Shown here piece after piece: positions 38,905-50,912 of a DNA stretch of 64,000 nt (position 1 is its first letter; each line of letters starts with the position of its first letter). The DNA lies in the NCBI GenBank assembly GCA_965644315.1, contig CBFFRQ010000032.1:558001-622000 (forward strand), written 5' to 3'. A program made the position numbers and the translations under genes. Source of the stretch: Caecitellus pseudoparvulus (taxonomy: Eukaryota; Protista; Bigyra: Bicosoecida). The notes below the pieces were generated by a model. It made no database searches. It saw only the letters and a list, made by a program, of their open reading frames with translations, and was not told the DNA's origin.

Positions 38905-41766
38905 TCAAGCAACCGGGTTTACCCGTCGACGGCGCAATGGTGTGTCCTGGCCAGCCCGAGAAAATCCAGTCAGCGAAGCGGGCATTTTTCGACGAGCAGG
39001 TGTTGCGTGATTCCGAGCATCACCCTCCAATGCGCGGTTGCTCACTCGACGATGAGGCGCGTCTGCAGTGTACAACTGCGAGGATTGGGCTGCCATGGAC
39101 ACCTTTCGATGCTTCCCTTCGTCAAGTGGGACTGAAACAAGCACAGGCTGCGACGCTGCCACTTGAGGTCTACCTTCCCCCACACCCACACCACCTTCGC
39201 TTCCCTCCGCACCTGCCTCGGACCCACTGCCCTCCCCTGCCTCAGCAGATCCACTGCCCTCCGCTGCCTCAGCAGACCCACTGCCCTCCCCTGCCTCAGC
39301 AGATCCACTGCCCTCCGCAGCCTCAGCAGACCCACTGCCCTCCCCTGCCTCAGCAGACCCACTGCCCTCCGCAGCCTCAGCAGACCCACTGCCCTCCCCT
39401 GCCTCAGCAGACCCACTGCCCTCCCCTGCCTCAGCAGGCCCACTGCCCTCCGCAGCCTCAGCAGGCCCACTGCCCTCCGCAGCCTCAGCAGACCCACTGC
39501 CCTTCCCTGCCTCAGCAGGCCCACTGCCCTCCGCTGCCTCAGCAGACCCTCTGCCCTCCGCAGCCTCAGCAGACCCACTGCCCTCCGCTGCCTCAGCAGA
39601 CCCACTGCCCTCCACTGCCTCAGCAGATCCACTGCCCTCCGCAGCCTCAGCAGACCCATTGCCCTCCACTGCCTCAGCAGGCCCACTGCCCTCCACTGCC
39701 TCAGCAGACCCACTGCCCTCCGCTGCCTCAGCAGGCCCACTGCCCTTCCCTGCCTCAGCAGGCCCACTGCCCTCCGCAGCCTCAGCAGGCCCACTGCCCT
39801 TCCCTGCCTCAGCAGACCCACTGCCCTCCGCTGCCTCAGCAGGCCCACTGCCCTCCGCAGCCTCAGCAGGCCCACTGCCCTCCGCTACCTCAGCAGACCC
39901 ACTGCCCTTCCCTGCCTCAGCAGACCCACTGCCCTCCGCAGCCTCAGCAGACCCACTGCCCTCCGCAGCCTCAGCAGGCCCACTGCCCTCCGCAGCCTCA
40001 GCAGGCCCACTGCCCTTCCCTGCCTCAGCAGACCCACTGCCCTCCGCTGCCTCAGCAGACCCACTGCCCTCCACTGCCTCAGCAGACCCACTGCCCTCCG
40101 CTGCCTCAGCAGGCCCACTGCCCTCCGCTGCCTCAGCAGACCCATTGCCCTCCACTGCCTCAGCAGGCCCACTGCCCTCCCCTGCCTCAGCAGGCCCACT
40201 GCCCTCCGCTGCCTCAGCAGGCCCACTGCCCTTCCCTGCCTCAGCAGACCCACTGCCCTCCGCTGCCTCAGCAGACCCACTGCCCTCCACTGCCTCAGCA
40301 GACCCACTGCCCTCCGCTGCCTCAGCAGGCCCACTGCCCTCCGCTGCCTCAGCAGACCCATTGCCCTCCACTGCCTCAGCAGGCCCACTGCCCTCCGCAG
40401 CCTCAGCAGATCCACTGCCCTCAGTTGCAACTTCCGAGGCTACTCCACTCGATACAGACCCATGCTCTTCCTCCTTGAATCTTTCATCCACCCCCACTTT
40501 TTCCTCACTCAGTGGCAAATTGCCAGCAGGTTGCTTTGAAGGTCCTCCTTCTTTCACCGCTTGCCTTTCGCCTTCATGGTGACTCGGGGTGGCTTTGGGT
40601 GTACCGGCCTCCCATGCCGCCACAGCTGCCAGCACAGCCGAGTCAGCGCCTTGGCGCGCGGACGCAAGCCTTAGGCGAGGCATGTCTGGGCTCAGTGCCT
40701 TCGGTGCTTTGCGGCGCAGCGGGCCTTGGTGCAACCCCGTTGCGCGCCCTATGCGCTTGCCGCTCGCGCTCGTGCCGGCAAGGCTTGCAAAGCGCCATCG
40801 CCCCCCCCCTTTTTCAACCTCACGCCCAGTCTCGGCGACAGATGCGCGGCGCTGAGGCCCATCTGTGTCGCCTGGAGTTGGCCCTTGAGGCTGAGCCTTC
40901 ACCTTTGGGGGCTGTGCTTGCTCGCCCACCGTCTCGACAGGCAGCTCAACCACAGGTTCAGCGGGAGGCTCATCAACTATTTGTTGGGAAGAAAAGACAT
41001 CTGTATCCTCTTGGGTTGTCTGCGTGTCTGTCCCTTGAGTGTCACACTCTGCCGTGTGGGCAGCAGCAGAGCGTGTCTCAGATTCCGTGGACTCCTCGAC
41101 CGACGCAGTCTGCTCCAGAGAGGAATCTGAAGCCTCAGCTGGAACAATCCGCTCCAACATGGCCGTACTACCTTCTTGGTCCTCAGCTTGAGACGCTGGT
41201 GCAGAGCCTTCATCTTCCTTGCCTGACGGGGGAACCAGTGGGGCAGGCTTCGCTGCCACCTTGACCGCATTGGCTGGCAAGCCTGGTCTTTGTCGCCTGG
41301 TTGGTGGGAGGTCCTCAACCTTTTCTTTCTTAGCTGTTTTGTCCTCTTGAGCCCAAGACGGCACGGCAAGGTCATCAATCACACGCACAGAGCCTTCCGA
41401 GGAGTCGCTCGCAGCGAGGTGGCGCAAACTCCGCACAGATCTGTGTCCTGGCCTTGGCGCCTGCTTCTCCTCTGTACTATGGTCAGGTGCTGCACGGGAT
41501 TCAGACGTTCGTGCTTCTGAAGAATGATCGCCCTTTGTGGTGTCGCCTGCAGCCTGCGGTCGCGCATTAGGCTGGCCTTGAGCTTCCGAGCTTTGCCTTG
41601 CTGCCGGATCAGGATCTGTCACTGGCTGCGGCTTGGAGCTCTCCACCGGCTGAGACTCGGCAGGGGCTGGGCGTGCCTTGGATGGTTGTGCTACTGGCGG
41701 GGCACCAGGGGGGTCCACAGGCCCCACATCTTCTGAGTTTGCAGCGGAAGATGCACCGCACCCCAT
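38905..41766 (-). CDS. Disordered acidic protein with N-terminal MGCGAS dual-acylation motif and (GSGSAEAAE)n repeat
   Basis: ATG at 41766 gives MGCGASSAANSED; the ORF continues through the 27-bp array. Confidence 0.72.
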   Translation of the reverse strand: MGCGASSAANSEDVGPVDPPGAPPVAQPSKARPAPAESQPVESSKPQPVTDPDPAARQSSEAQGQPNARPQAAGDTTKGDHSSEARTSESRAAPDHSTEEKQAPRPGHRSVRSLRHLAASDSSEGSVRVIDDLAVPSWAQEDKTAKKEKVEDLPPTRRQRPGLPANAVKVAAKPAPLVPPSGKEDEGSAPASQAEDQEGSTAMLERIVPAEASDSSLEQTASVEESTESETRSAAAHTAECDTQGTDTQTTQEDTDVFSSQQIVDEPPAEPVVELPVETVGEQAQPPKVKAQPQGPTPGDTDGPQRRASVAETGREVEKGGGRWRFASLAGTSASGKRIGRATGLHQGPLRRKAPKALSPDMPRLRLASARQGADSAVLAAVAAWEAGTPKATPSHHEGERQAVKEGGPSKQPAGNLPLSEEKVGVDERFKEEEHGSVSSGVASEVATEGSGSAEAAEGSGPAEAVEGNGSAEAAEGSGPAEAAEGSGSAEAVEGSGSAEAAEGSGSAEAGKGSGPAEAAEGSGPAEAGEGSGPAEAVEGNGSAEAAEGSGPAEAAEGSGSAEAVEGSGSAEAAEGSGSAEAGKGSGPAEAAEGSGPAEAAEGSGSAEAAEGSGSAEAGKGSGSAEVAEGSGPAEAAEGSGPAEAAEGSGSAEAGKGSGPAEAAEGSGPAEAGKGSGPAEAAEGSGSAEAVEGSGPAEAVEGNGSAEAAEGSGSAEAVEGSGSAEAAEGSGSAEAAEGRGSAEAAEGSGPAEAGKGSGSAEAAEGSGPAEAAEGSGPAEAGEGSGSAEAGEGSGSAEAAEGSGSAEAGEGSGSAEAAEGSGSAEAGEGSGSAEAAEGSGSAEAGEGSGSEAGAEGSEGGVGVGEGRPQVAASQPVLVSVPLDEGKHRKVSMAAQSSQLYTADAPHRRVSNRALEGDARNHATPARRKMPASLTGFSRAGQDTPLRRRRVNPVA
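39212..40423. repeat. 27-bp minisatellite, about 45 copies, with a higher-order 216-bp duplication
   Basis: cctcagcagacccactgccctccgctg units; the diagnostic cccattg variant recurs at 40145 and 40361. Confidence 0.97.
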
Positions 41767-42124
41767 GGGAAGCGAGGGACAGCACCTGCCGCCCGCTGCT
41801 CTCAACGCAACGTGGCGGCTGACTCAAGATAGTAGGGCGGAATCGATGCCCTTCAGAGTCTGGCTGATTGCGGCCGATCCCAACGGTTTGGAAAGTGCTG
41901 GGTCGCAGAATGTGCAGCTATGTTGTACGCTTGGCCAGTGATTCATGCCCGACACGCACTTCAGCGCCAGCCCGCTGTCCAAGGACAAACCACATCGGAC
42001 CAATAAAGGGGGGGGATAATTGTTTCCTCTTTGTTTCGGCTGGCGCAGTCTTTTTTGGCCTTTAGTCGCCGCAGGCTCCCTTTGGCAGTGCAAAGCGTGG
42101 GCCAGCAAAGCGATTTCCGCAGGC

Positions 42125-43325
42125 ATGGCGACGACGAGTGTGGGGTTTTCCCGGGTGCGGCAGCTCGACGCGCTGGCGTTGGACACCCAACTTGTGCACT
42201 TCATATGGCAGCAAATTCAAGAGCTCCTGCGTGTTCTGCCTGTACGCCTTGCCACCGCCACGAAGGAGCACCATCTGGTTGCGCACACCCAAACTCGACA
42301 TGCACGGTGCACAGGTCGGCACCGTGGAGAAAATCGCCCCTGAAGCAGAGGCTGTCATTCGCCTTGCTGTCTTGGGGCTGCCCCTGCTGCGTACAGGCAC
42401 CACGCCAGGTATCGCGGCTCAGCAGCTGAGCCTACGCTCGTCCAGAGCAGCAGCTGATGGGCCGTGGACCAGAGGGTCCACACCGTCACCTGCCAGGGTC
42501 GCACTGGCGGCACTGGTGGTGCTTGGCCCGTGGGCGATGGAACGCATCCAGCGCTTGCGTCGACAGGTTCACCTGCCCTCGCCACCCGAGCAACCACTGC
42601 GCCCTCCCCAAGGTTGTGCTGTGCTGTGGGACCTGGCGCAGAGCCTGTGGCAAGCTGGCCAGCTGTGGAACACACTGGCATTCCTCAGGCACGGCAGACA
42701 CGCCACCTTGCAGCACCGCTTGGTGGGCTTGACCTTGGTGACCCCGCAGTCGGCTGCGCCGGCCCCGTCCCCCGCCTTCGACTTGCTGTCACGGCAGCTG
42801 GTGTGGGATGAGTGCATGGGCTTCCTAGCATTCCTGCAGCAAAGCATGCCGTGGGACAGCCTACGCCGAACCCTCGTCTGGCTCCTGCACTGGGTACGAC
42901 GGCACCTCGCAGCTGCCATGCTGGGCGCCTGGCGTACGCTGGGCTTGCCAGCCGTTGCTGGCTCCTCCGAGCACAAGGCAACCGACAGACCGACGCACGC
43001 CGCCATGGCCGCTGCAGCCGCTGAGGGGCCTGCCCCTCCGTGCGGCACGTGCAGTCAAAACCCAGCAGTGCACCCAGTCGTCCTGTCACCCTGCGGCCAC
43101 GTGCACTGCTACTACTGCTTGGCAGCCCCCGCGCTGCAAGCCGGCACACACCTGCCGCTCTTCACGCTGGATGAGGCTGGAACGCAGGCTTGCGGGGCAG
43201 GGTGTCTCGGGGTGGAACAAGACGCATGCCGTGCTTCACGTTGCTCCCAGCCTCGTGCCCTGCGAGAACTTGTCTGCCCCTTGTGTTCGACAGTGTCCCG
43301 CTGCGCAGTGCTGAAGGCTTCCTGA
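42125..43325 (+). CDS. PEX2: Peroxin PEX2 (RING peroxin); intron 42242-42314
   Basis: N-terminal SRVRQLDALALD signature, TTPG, NTLAFLRHGRHATLQHRL, FDLLSRQLVW; RING CGTC...CGHVHCYYC...CPLC. Confidence 0.88.
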
Positions 43326-43528
43326 CGTCCGTTGCCGCTGCGCACCCACAGACGTTTGGACTGACTTGGCACAGCTGCCTCCCCACCAATCTTCAACTCC
43401 TCTGCATGCGCTCGCAATTCGGGTGTTTACTGGACGCACAGGTCTCTCAGTGCTGCCCCTTCCTCCCACCTTTCACGCATTAACGGCGGGCGGTAGGGCT
43501 ACCGTTGGCAGACACACTGTGCCGCGCC

Positions 43529-44284
43529 ATGGGTTGTGGTGGCTCCAGCCTGGCCACAGTGCACACCAGCGGGGATGATGGCTACCCTGGTCCACCTCAC
43601 ACCATTCTGGGAAAACGCAGCGTGTCGTTCAGCCGGGCTCCTGCTGGGCCAGTTGTCGTGGAGGAAGACACAGTCACAAGGGAGGTCGCGGGCGACCAGG
43701 TGCGTGATGCGAGATGCTCCACTTCTCAAGATTCGCAAGCGCCACAATGCCGACAACCGTAGCACCTGTCACAGAGTGACCCAGTGATGGCCACACCCAG
43801 CAAGAGTGGGCGGAGCCACGTCACGTTCTGCGATGCAACGCCCGAACCATTTATGCAGGGACAGCGCAAACAAGGCCTGGGTAACCTCGTGGGCACCGAG
43901 GAGACACCCGTTCCTGTCAGGTTCCCAGCGCTGTACGCTGGAGTTGAGACTCCAGATGTCCGACACCACTTTGGTATCCAGGAGGCGCCGCCGTCAGGTT
44001 CCAGCACAGCCACGTCGACACCCTTCTCAGCGGCAAGCTCCGAGCCCGGCGAGGCAGCACACCGGGGCAGCCCCACACTGGCCCCCAGGATCCAACCAGC
44101 CGAGCAAATTTTCACACCAGGCCATGTGGCGCGCCTGTTCTGCGAGCGCCCTGGCTCAGCTGACAGAGACGTGAGCCAGACGCCCCGGGAGGGGGAGGAA
44201 GAGCAGCTGCAGCGCCAGCAGCTGGCTTTCGGCAGGCCAGTTTCTGACACACCAGAGCGCGCCCTGCCATCACTGCCCATGTGA
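43529..44284 (+). CDS. Small disordered protein with MGCGGS acylation motif and two RVxF-like motifs; intron 43700-43774
   Basis: ATG at 43529; a 75-bp GTGCGT...CAG intron joins two ORFs in frame. Confidence 0.65.
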
Positions 44285-44593
44285 GACCACGTGCCCGCTC
44301 TGACCGAGGGGCTGCTGCAGAGTGCACATAATGATATTGTTGGCCGCGGTCAAGCTTGCGCCCTGATCTCACACTAAAGCCCCCCGCCACAATGGGTCAG
44401 CCAGAAGCAGACGGACGACAAACTTATGAGTGTAGAAAGCTACGCTCGTGAAAACCGCGTTGATGCCGTCTGCCCTGCTGTCCTAGTGCGAGGCCAGATA
44501 TCTGCAGCTACAGTGCAATTTCCGCACCTACCTTTCTGGCTGCGCACAGGTGCCAGGCGCCCGAGCTCGGAGTAAACGTAGCCTACTAGCAGG

Positions 44594-45363
44594 ATGAGTA
44601 TGGTGCGATCGTGTGTTGCAGCAGTCGCTGCTGTCGTACAGGCCTCCCGCCGGCCTGCTGTCGGTTGGGCTGGCAGAGCAGGCTCAGCACCATTTCCGCT
44701 GCGAACCATGTCGTGCGTACGGCGACTACAGGCTCCCGCGCCAGTTGCACGCCACGAGGTTTTGCACATGGACATCTTGTCACAGAAGCCGAAGCGTTGA
44801 TGTTGTGCTGCTCGACCAGATGGACAACTTGGGGTACAAAGGGCAGCTCGTGCAGGTGAAGCCTGGCTATGCCCGGAACTTCCTGATCCCTGAGGGCAGG
44901 GCCACGTATGCCACCCCCGCCAACCTGAAGCTGCACCGCGTCATTCTCAGTGTATGTACTGCCTGCTCTGCCTCCCATGAGCACTGCCTCGCTACTGCCT
45001 CGTTACTGGGTTACCCCGCAGGAAGCTGAGGAGGCTGCTGTCACCGCTCAGCGCCAGCAGAATCAGCTGCGCAAGCGAGTGGAGTCAGTGCAGCTGCGCT
45101 TTGGGCGCGCGACGACAGACGGTGTGAATTTGTACGGGCCCATCACGGGCGTGGACGTCCGCCAGGCCCTCGTTGACAGCGAGCTGGCGCTGAAGGTGAA
45201 GCCGCACCAGCTGCGGATGCCTGCAGCCGAGGGAGCTGAGTCAGCAGGCGCTGCGGAGGGGGCGGGTGATGTAACCATCTCCAGCACGGGCACATTTGTC
45301 GTGCAGGTTGAGGTGCAGCCGGGGTTGTGGTGCAACGTGCGTGTGGCGGTGGCGTCCACTTGA
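44594..45363 (+). CDS. MRPL9: Mitochondrial ribosomal protein bL9m; introns 44713-44785 and 44952-45021
   Basis: Arg-rich presequence; VDVVLLDQMDNLGYKGQLVQVKPGYARNFLIP; C-domain NLYGPITGVDV...ISSTGTFVVQV. Confidence 0.9.
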
Positions 45364-45372
45364 GTTGAGCAG

Positions 45373-48300
45373 CTACCAAGAAGGTTGCACGCCCGCACTG
45401 CTCGCCAGCCCCCGGTAGCTAGTGAGGATGCGCTGGGCCATGGCGGGGTTGGAGGTCTGCTGTGTGGCAGCGATACCTGCTGCCTGCTCGGAGAAGACCA
45501 GGGCCATGTCCCTGTCACCCTGCAGGTGGTAGAAGACTGCTTGCTGGTGCATGGCCTGTGCCACTTCAATGGATGTCTCCCCATGCCGCACTCTTGCATC
45601 ATCCGCGACGATGCCCATCACCGCCACGCCCAAGTCACCTGCAGCCACGCGCACCCCCGTGGGTCCACCTGGTGCGGCCTCTGGCAGGGCAGCTGCCTCG
45701 CCACCTTCCTGCACAAATGCGTCCGCCCTGGCACGTGTGAGGGTTGGACATACACTGTTGAAGGCTTCCAGCAGCTGCGGGCCCAGGCCTGCCATGAAGC
45801 CGTCGCAGTGTGCCGCTACTAGCACTGCCTCTGCCAGCCACCCCGCGCACTCTTGCAGCCATGCCCGCTGTGCATCCCCCTCAGGGCACCCGGCAAGCAT
45901 ACTGCAAGTCAGGTTGCTCAACATGGACACGAGAGAGAAGTTGTACCCTGATCGCCCCTTGTGCCGGATCCACGCACGCCAGGCAGCCCGGAAGGTGTCA
46001 ACTGCTTCCCTGTACTGCCCCTGTGCATGGTACACCTGGCCTATGTTGTTGTTTGCCAGAATGGTCTCGGCGTGCCCCTCCCCCAACACTTCCTTCCGCA
46101 TTGCCAGCGCAGCGTGGTAGTACTTCAACGCTTCGTCGAACTGCCGGACATCTTTCAAACTGCGACCCAAGTTTAACATGACCGTCGCGCGCTGTGCTGA
46201 TGGCTCAGGGCGCAGCCTGCCCAGCTCCTCCAGGCACTGTTTATAGCTGTCGATGGACTCCTGCACCCGCCCTTGCCTACGCTGAGACTGCGCCAGCTCG
46301 GCCAAAGCCGAAACCCCGACAGAGTCGGTGGGGTAGTGTGCTGCCTGCAGCTCCCTCACTCTTCGAAACGCCTCGGTTGCCATGTCCAGCTTGCCTGCTG
46401 CCATGTAAACCTTCCCAGCCGTGAACAGCCCGACACCAAAACGAGGAGACAATTCATTGCCCCTGTCCAGGGCGATGCTTGCCACACTTTCTTGCATGAG
46501 GGGCACTGCGCGGTCGTGCTGCCCCAGCGCTGACAGCACCATGGCCACGTTGCACTGTGCAAAGTAAGAAGCGGGATGGTGGCGGCCCATGCTTGCAACG
46601 ACACTCTCAAACACGTCCTGGAACAACTCCAACGCCTTCACGTTGTCTCTCTGCTCAAACAGCGCTTGGGCCTGTTCTGTCTTCAAGTGTGTTGCAGACT
46701 CAGCTGCAAGATCCCCTGACCCGCCACTTGACAGCCTTCGCTGCATGTCCCCGGACGCTTGAAGCAGCTTCTGGGCCAGTGCGGAGCGCCCCAAGCCTCT
46801 GCTCCGCAGTGCGGTCACTGCGCTAGCTGTGCACTTCAAGAGTAAGCTTGGGTCCATGTTTGAGCTTTGCAGGGACTCGGTTAGTTTGGCAAACGTGTCC
46901 AGCACTTCACCTTCCGCAGCACTTGATTGGCTGTTGAAGAGAAGCCAAATCAGCGCCCCAGTCCAGCTGAGGAGGAAGCTGTTCTCCCCATCCATAGTTG
47001 CGAGAAGGGCAATTGCCCATGCCACTAGCTCGGCTGGTCGGTGTAGGCGCAGCACAGCCCGGGGCAGTCGAAGTGCTTCAGTTATGACATGCAGCTGACC
47101 TGTTGCCAGGCGCAGAGGCAGACCGCTGCTTGTGGAACCTCCACCGAAGAGGCGGGCTTGCAGGGCAGCCACACCCTCTGCCAGCCCTCCGTCAGCAAGG
47201 GACGCCACGGCTGATCCCCATTCGTCGTGCTGAGTCTGAATCCAGCTCATCACTGGCGCCCACGCTTCCGCCAGCACAGTCGACTCTTGGTGGAATCGCT
47301 GCAAGGCTTTCGACAAGTTCAACAGGACCGAGAGGCCTTGCGACCACGATCGGCGCCCACCTTCTCCACGGTGGGCGCTGCTGAGCATCACAAACCAACT
47401 GTGCACCCACATGCCAACAGCGGCCTGCCCCATCTGCCACTCGTCGGAGTGTGTGTCGCCGGTTTTGCTCAGACTTGGCGCCTTGTACAGCATCGACTGG
47501 CGGCCAATGTTCTTCAGCAGCAGCTCCACGTTCAACCCTTTCCGGTGCAGGGCTTGCTCCTGAACCTGCCACGGAAGCTGGAGCGCAGCGCAGGCCCAGC
47601 CGGGGGTAGGGCTGCCCCCCTCGGGCTCCGTGCCGAACGCCAACTGCCAGTGAGAGCAGCTGGGGCTAGTGGTTCTCACGAGCGCTGTGTCAGGGTACAT
47701 ACCAGCAAGCACGGCATGCATGTTCAGTTTGCCAAGCTTGGCAGCAAATGCTCGGCCCGCAACGACCGCCGCACGGTGCATGAGCCAAGCCCAAGCTCGC
47801 TGCTCTTCCATCCCCTCTTCACAGGGCACATGACGCGCTTGCCAAGAGTTGCAAGCGAGCAACAGTGCTTGCGATGAGGTGGAGCTGGGAGACGGGGACA
47901 GTCCACACGCAATGACGGGCAGCAGGCACGCCCGCGACGCATCGTTCAAGCAGTGATGAAGCAGCAGTCCGACGTGGCGCAGGCTCAAACCATGTGCATG
48001 CATGACTGCCTTGAGCACCTTGCGATGCTGCAGCCAGGCACCGTGAGACTGCCCGACGAAGGATTCAAATGCCGGTTTCAGGATGTGCGCCAGCTCAGTT
48101 TCCGTCTCAACAGCAGTTTCCTCCACGTGCCCAGCCCCTGCAACGGCTTGTGCTGCGGCAGCGGCCGACCCAGCTCCAACCGCTCGCGCTGGCGCTTGCT
48201 TCATCTGGTCAGTTTGTAGTGCTTTCGACTGCCCTGGCACCTGGCTCTCGGCCTCCGCTGCCAGGGCCGCCTGTAGAGCGTCCAAGACTGCCACTACGTT

Positions 48301-50753
48301 TGCATCGCTTGTCAGCGCCGCCTGGAGCCGGAGGAGATTTTCCAGCTGGTGCTTCGCGTGCTCTGGGGAGGAGCAACCTCGGAAGTTAGTATCACAGTGC
48401 AGCGGGGCTGAGCCTGGTGTTAAGCGCCAAAGGTGAGTGGCTTCGGGCCGAAAGAGGCGTGTCAAGTGTGCTCCCTTACCCCAGTACAGCGCGGGAAGGG
48501 ACAGAACCCCGGACAGTGCAAGAGTGGGCAAGTGCACCCAAAGCTGCCCTGTCCCCCTGTCGATGTGTGTAACATGCAGGTCCGCCGGCGGCAGCCCGCA
48601 CACTGCACGCCAAAGGCTGAGGGAGCTGCCCGTCGCATCCCCCGCTGCGACACGCACAAAGGAGCTGACCAGCGCATGCCATCTGCTGCCCGTGTCCAAA
48701 ACCGCATCCTCAGCGACGTGGTGCACAAGGTAGTGTACCCGTTCTATGCTCTCGGGTGCGATGCTTGTGGCGCCCACCATCTGCCCAAAGTCCAGAACTG
48801 CTTCGACACCAGGCGCTGCCAGCCTGTGGCATGTGTCCGTCCACAACGCCAAGCTTGCCCTGTACTCCTCGGCCCACGCTGGCTCAGGTGGCAGCAGCCT
48901 GTGCACATCCAACACGTATGCCCTGCCGTCAGACCCTACATGCCCCTCCACGTCAAAGGGTGTCGCAATGGAGTGCTGCACTCCGTCAGCGGTCGTGACG
49001 ACATGGCGGCCCAAGTAAAACGCCTCTGCCACTTGGGACATGCAAGGCTCCAAGGTTGGCGAGCTGTGCATGGTGCGGCGGCCGTCTTGGCTGCCGTACT
49101 GCAAGGAATTCTCTCCCAGAGGTAGCTGAGTGAACACTTGCACGCGCCGGCCACAGACATCCAGGCACTGGTACAAGCACGAGACCACCAACGGCAGATC
49201 ACACTGAAGCAACCATTGGTACACGCCGACCTCACGGCCAGCCGCCTTGCCTGCCATGAGCTCAGAGCCGTAGACTTGGTTGGAGTCACAGCTCACCTTC
49301 ACGAAGAGTCGCTCCTCCTTCACGAGGAACTTGTCCCCTCCAGCTACGCCGCCCGCATCGATGGGCTCAATTACCATGTTCCCCTCCAGGAGAGTTTCCA
49401 GGATGACCTCCGTGGACACCGTGGGCAGCTCAAACTCCTCGTCGTGCAGCCCAGCAAGCAGCAGACTCACTGCCTGTGCATGAGCAGTCTCCGCCGAGCA
49501 AGCGGCGAGACCCAGTGACTCCTCAAGGTCTGAGCAAGTGTTCTCCACACACGCGAGCTCATCTTCAGAAAAAGCCGCCAAAAGCAGCAGCGCGGTGGGG
49601 TCCGCGACCACCCCACCGCCCACTTGCCCCTCCATGCGGTCGCCTCCCAAGCTGCTAGGGCCACCCTGCACCAGGGAGTACACTGCGGCCACAGGGCCCA
49701 CAGCTTGCAACACTTCCCTGAGCTGCTTGACTTCCTCCTCCGGGATGCTCTCGCTGACGCGCTGCGTGCCTTTCAGCAAGCACAGCCGTCGCAGCGTGTG
49801 GGGGAGACCGGCTTCGCACACCAGGCTGCTCCCCGCCACAAGGCGCTGATTGTGGTGCCATGTGGCACCGAGACCGCCTTCCCCCGTCAGGATGCCTGCC
49901 GCAGTTGCCCGGCTGTTGAACACGCTGAGGTATGTCCCCACCCTCCGCAAGGCGAGTCTGCGACCTTGCAAGTGGAAGTCGTGGGAGCTGCGCGCTTGCA
50001 GAAACGCCCCCAGGAGGTCACCCTGGGCAACCCCTGGCTGCTCTTGGAGGCTCGCTAAGGCGTGGGTTACCTCGGGGAACTCAAACTTCTCCAGAGCAGC
50101 GACGAGGTGTGGCAGGCTGGGCAGGGCGTAGGGGCCAAGGCTGCACCCCGCTCCGCCGCCGACTTGGGAGAGGGGGTTGGGCACACCCCCGAACTGCGCA
50201 AGCAATGGGACTGCAGCCTCGGCTGCGCTAGGGTGCATGCACCTCCAAGCTTGCCCTCCCTCTGGAAGCTCAACGAGGCTAAAGCCGAGGGCTGTCATGA
50301 CTGTGCTGGTGCGGGCTCCACCCAGGGGCGTGGCCACCCGCCGCGCGAAGGCCTTGTTCGCCACCTTAACACGGTGAAACTTCTCCACTTCAGGGTGTTG
50401 CACGAGGTTGCTGCAGTAAACCAGCAGCAGCTGCGCTGCGCTGCGCATGGCCTCCACCGGCGTCACGCTGGTCAGCGCTTGCCTCACTGCAACCCCAGTG
50501 TCCACGTAAGGAAGTCGCAAGGGGTCCAGGCTGGCTGCTAGCGGGGAAGCCCCACCAAGAATACCATCAAAGCCTGTTGATAGCACCTCTTGCTGGGGGG
50601 CGCTGATGCTTACATGGTCTGGGGAGCAGACGGGAAAGACCACGGTGACAGCGGAAATCGCTTCGCTGCCCCTCTCGCGCACGCACCAGCAACGGCGAGC
50701 CCATGGGCAGCAGCGGCATCGTAGCCGTAGGTAGCATATGCATTGGAAGTCAT
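45373..50753 (-). CDS. PUB domain + Clu (clustered mitochondria) domain + TPR repeat protein; intron 50619-50686
   Basis: PUB: LLLVYCSNLVQHPEVEKFHRVKVANKAF...ALGF. Clu: AGKAAGREV, LQYGSQDGRRTMH, DVEGHVGSDGRAYVLDVHRLLPPE. KLC-type TPRs: ALAMRKEVLGEGHAET...NNIGQVYHAQGQY. Confidence 0.8.
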
Positions 50754-50912
50754 GGTGGGCCCAGTCTGGATGCTTCGGCTGCAGCAGCCCACCCCCTTCC
50801 GTGTTTCGCATGGCTCGCGATTTATTCAGGGTGCACAGCTGCAAACTCCGAGGCCACCACGCCAGCGCCCCGTATCGGGCGTGCCAAGCTGCCTCACACA
50901 GCCACCCGGTGG

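Noticed and set aside
38685-40582. Plus-strand ORFs (PPLPQQTHC)n, (LSRPTALRC)n and (SADPLPSAA)n
   Set aside because: Antisense shadows of the 27-bp array; the minus frame has a long unique N-terminus with an MGC start
670-45363. Apparent frameshifts or pseudogenes (PRKCSH-like, METTL6, PEX2, CstF-77, Myb, bL9)
   Set aside because: Each frame change is explained by a 61-88 bp GT-AG intron that restores conserved motifs
50610-50792. ORF starting 'MGCCSR' as another acylated protein
   Set aside because: It begins at GTG, not ATG; its frame contains exon 1 of the PUB-Clu-TPR gene
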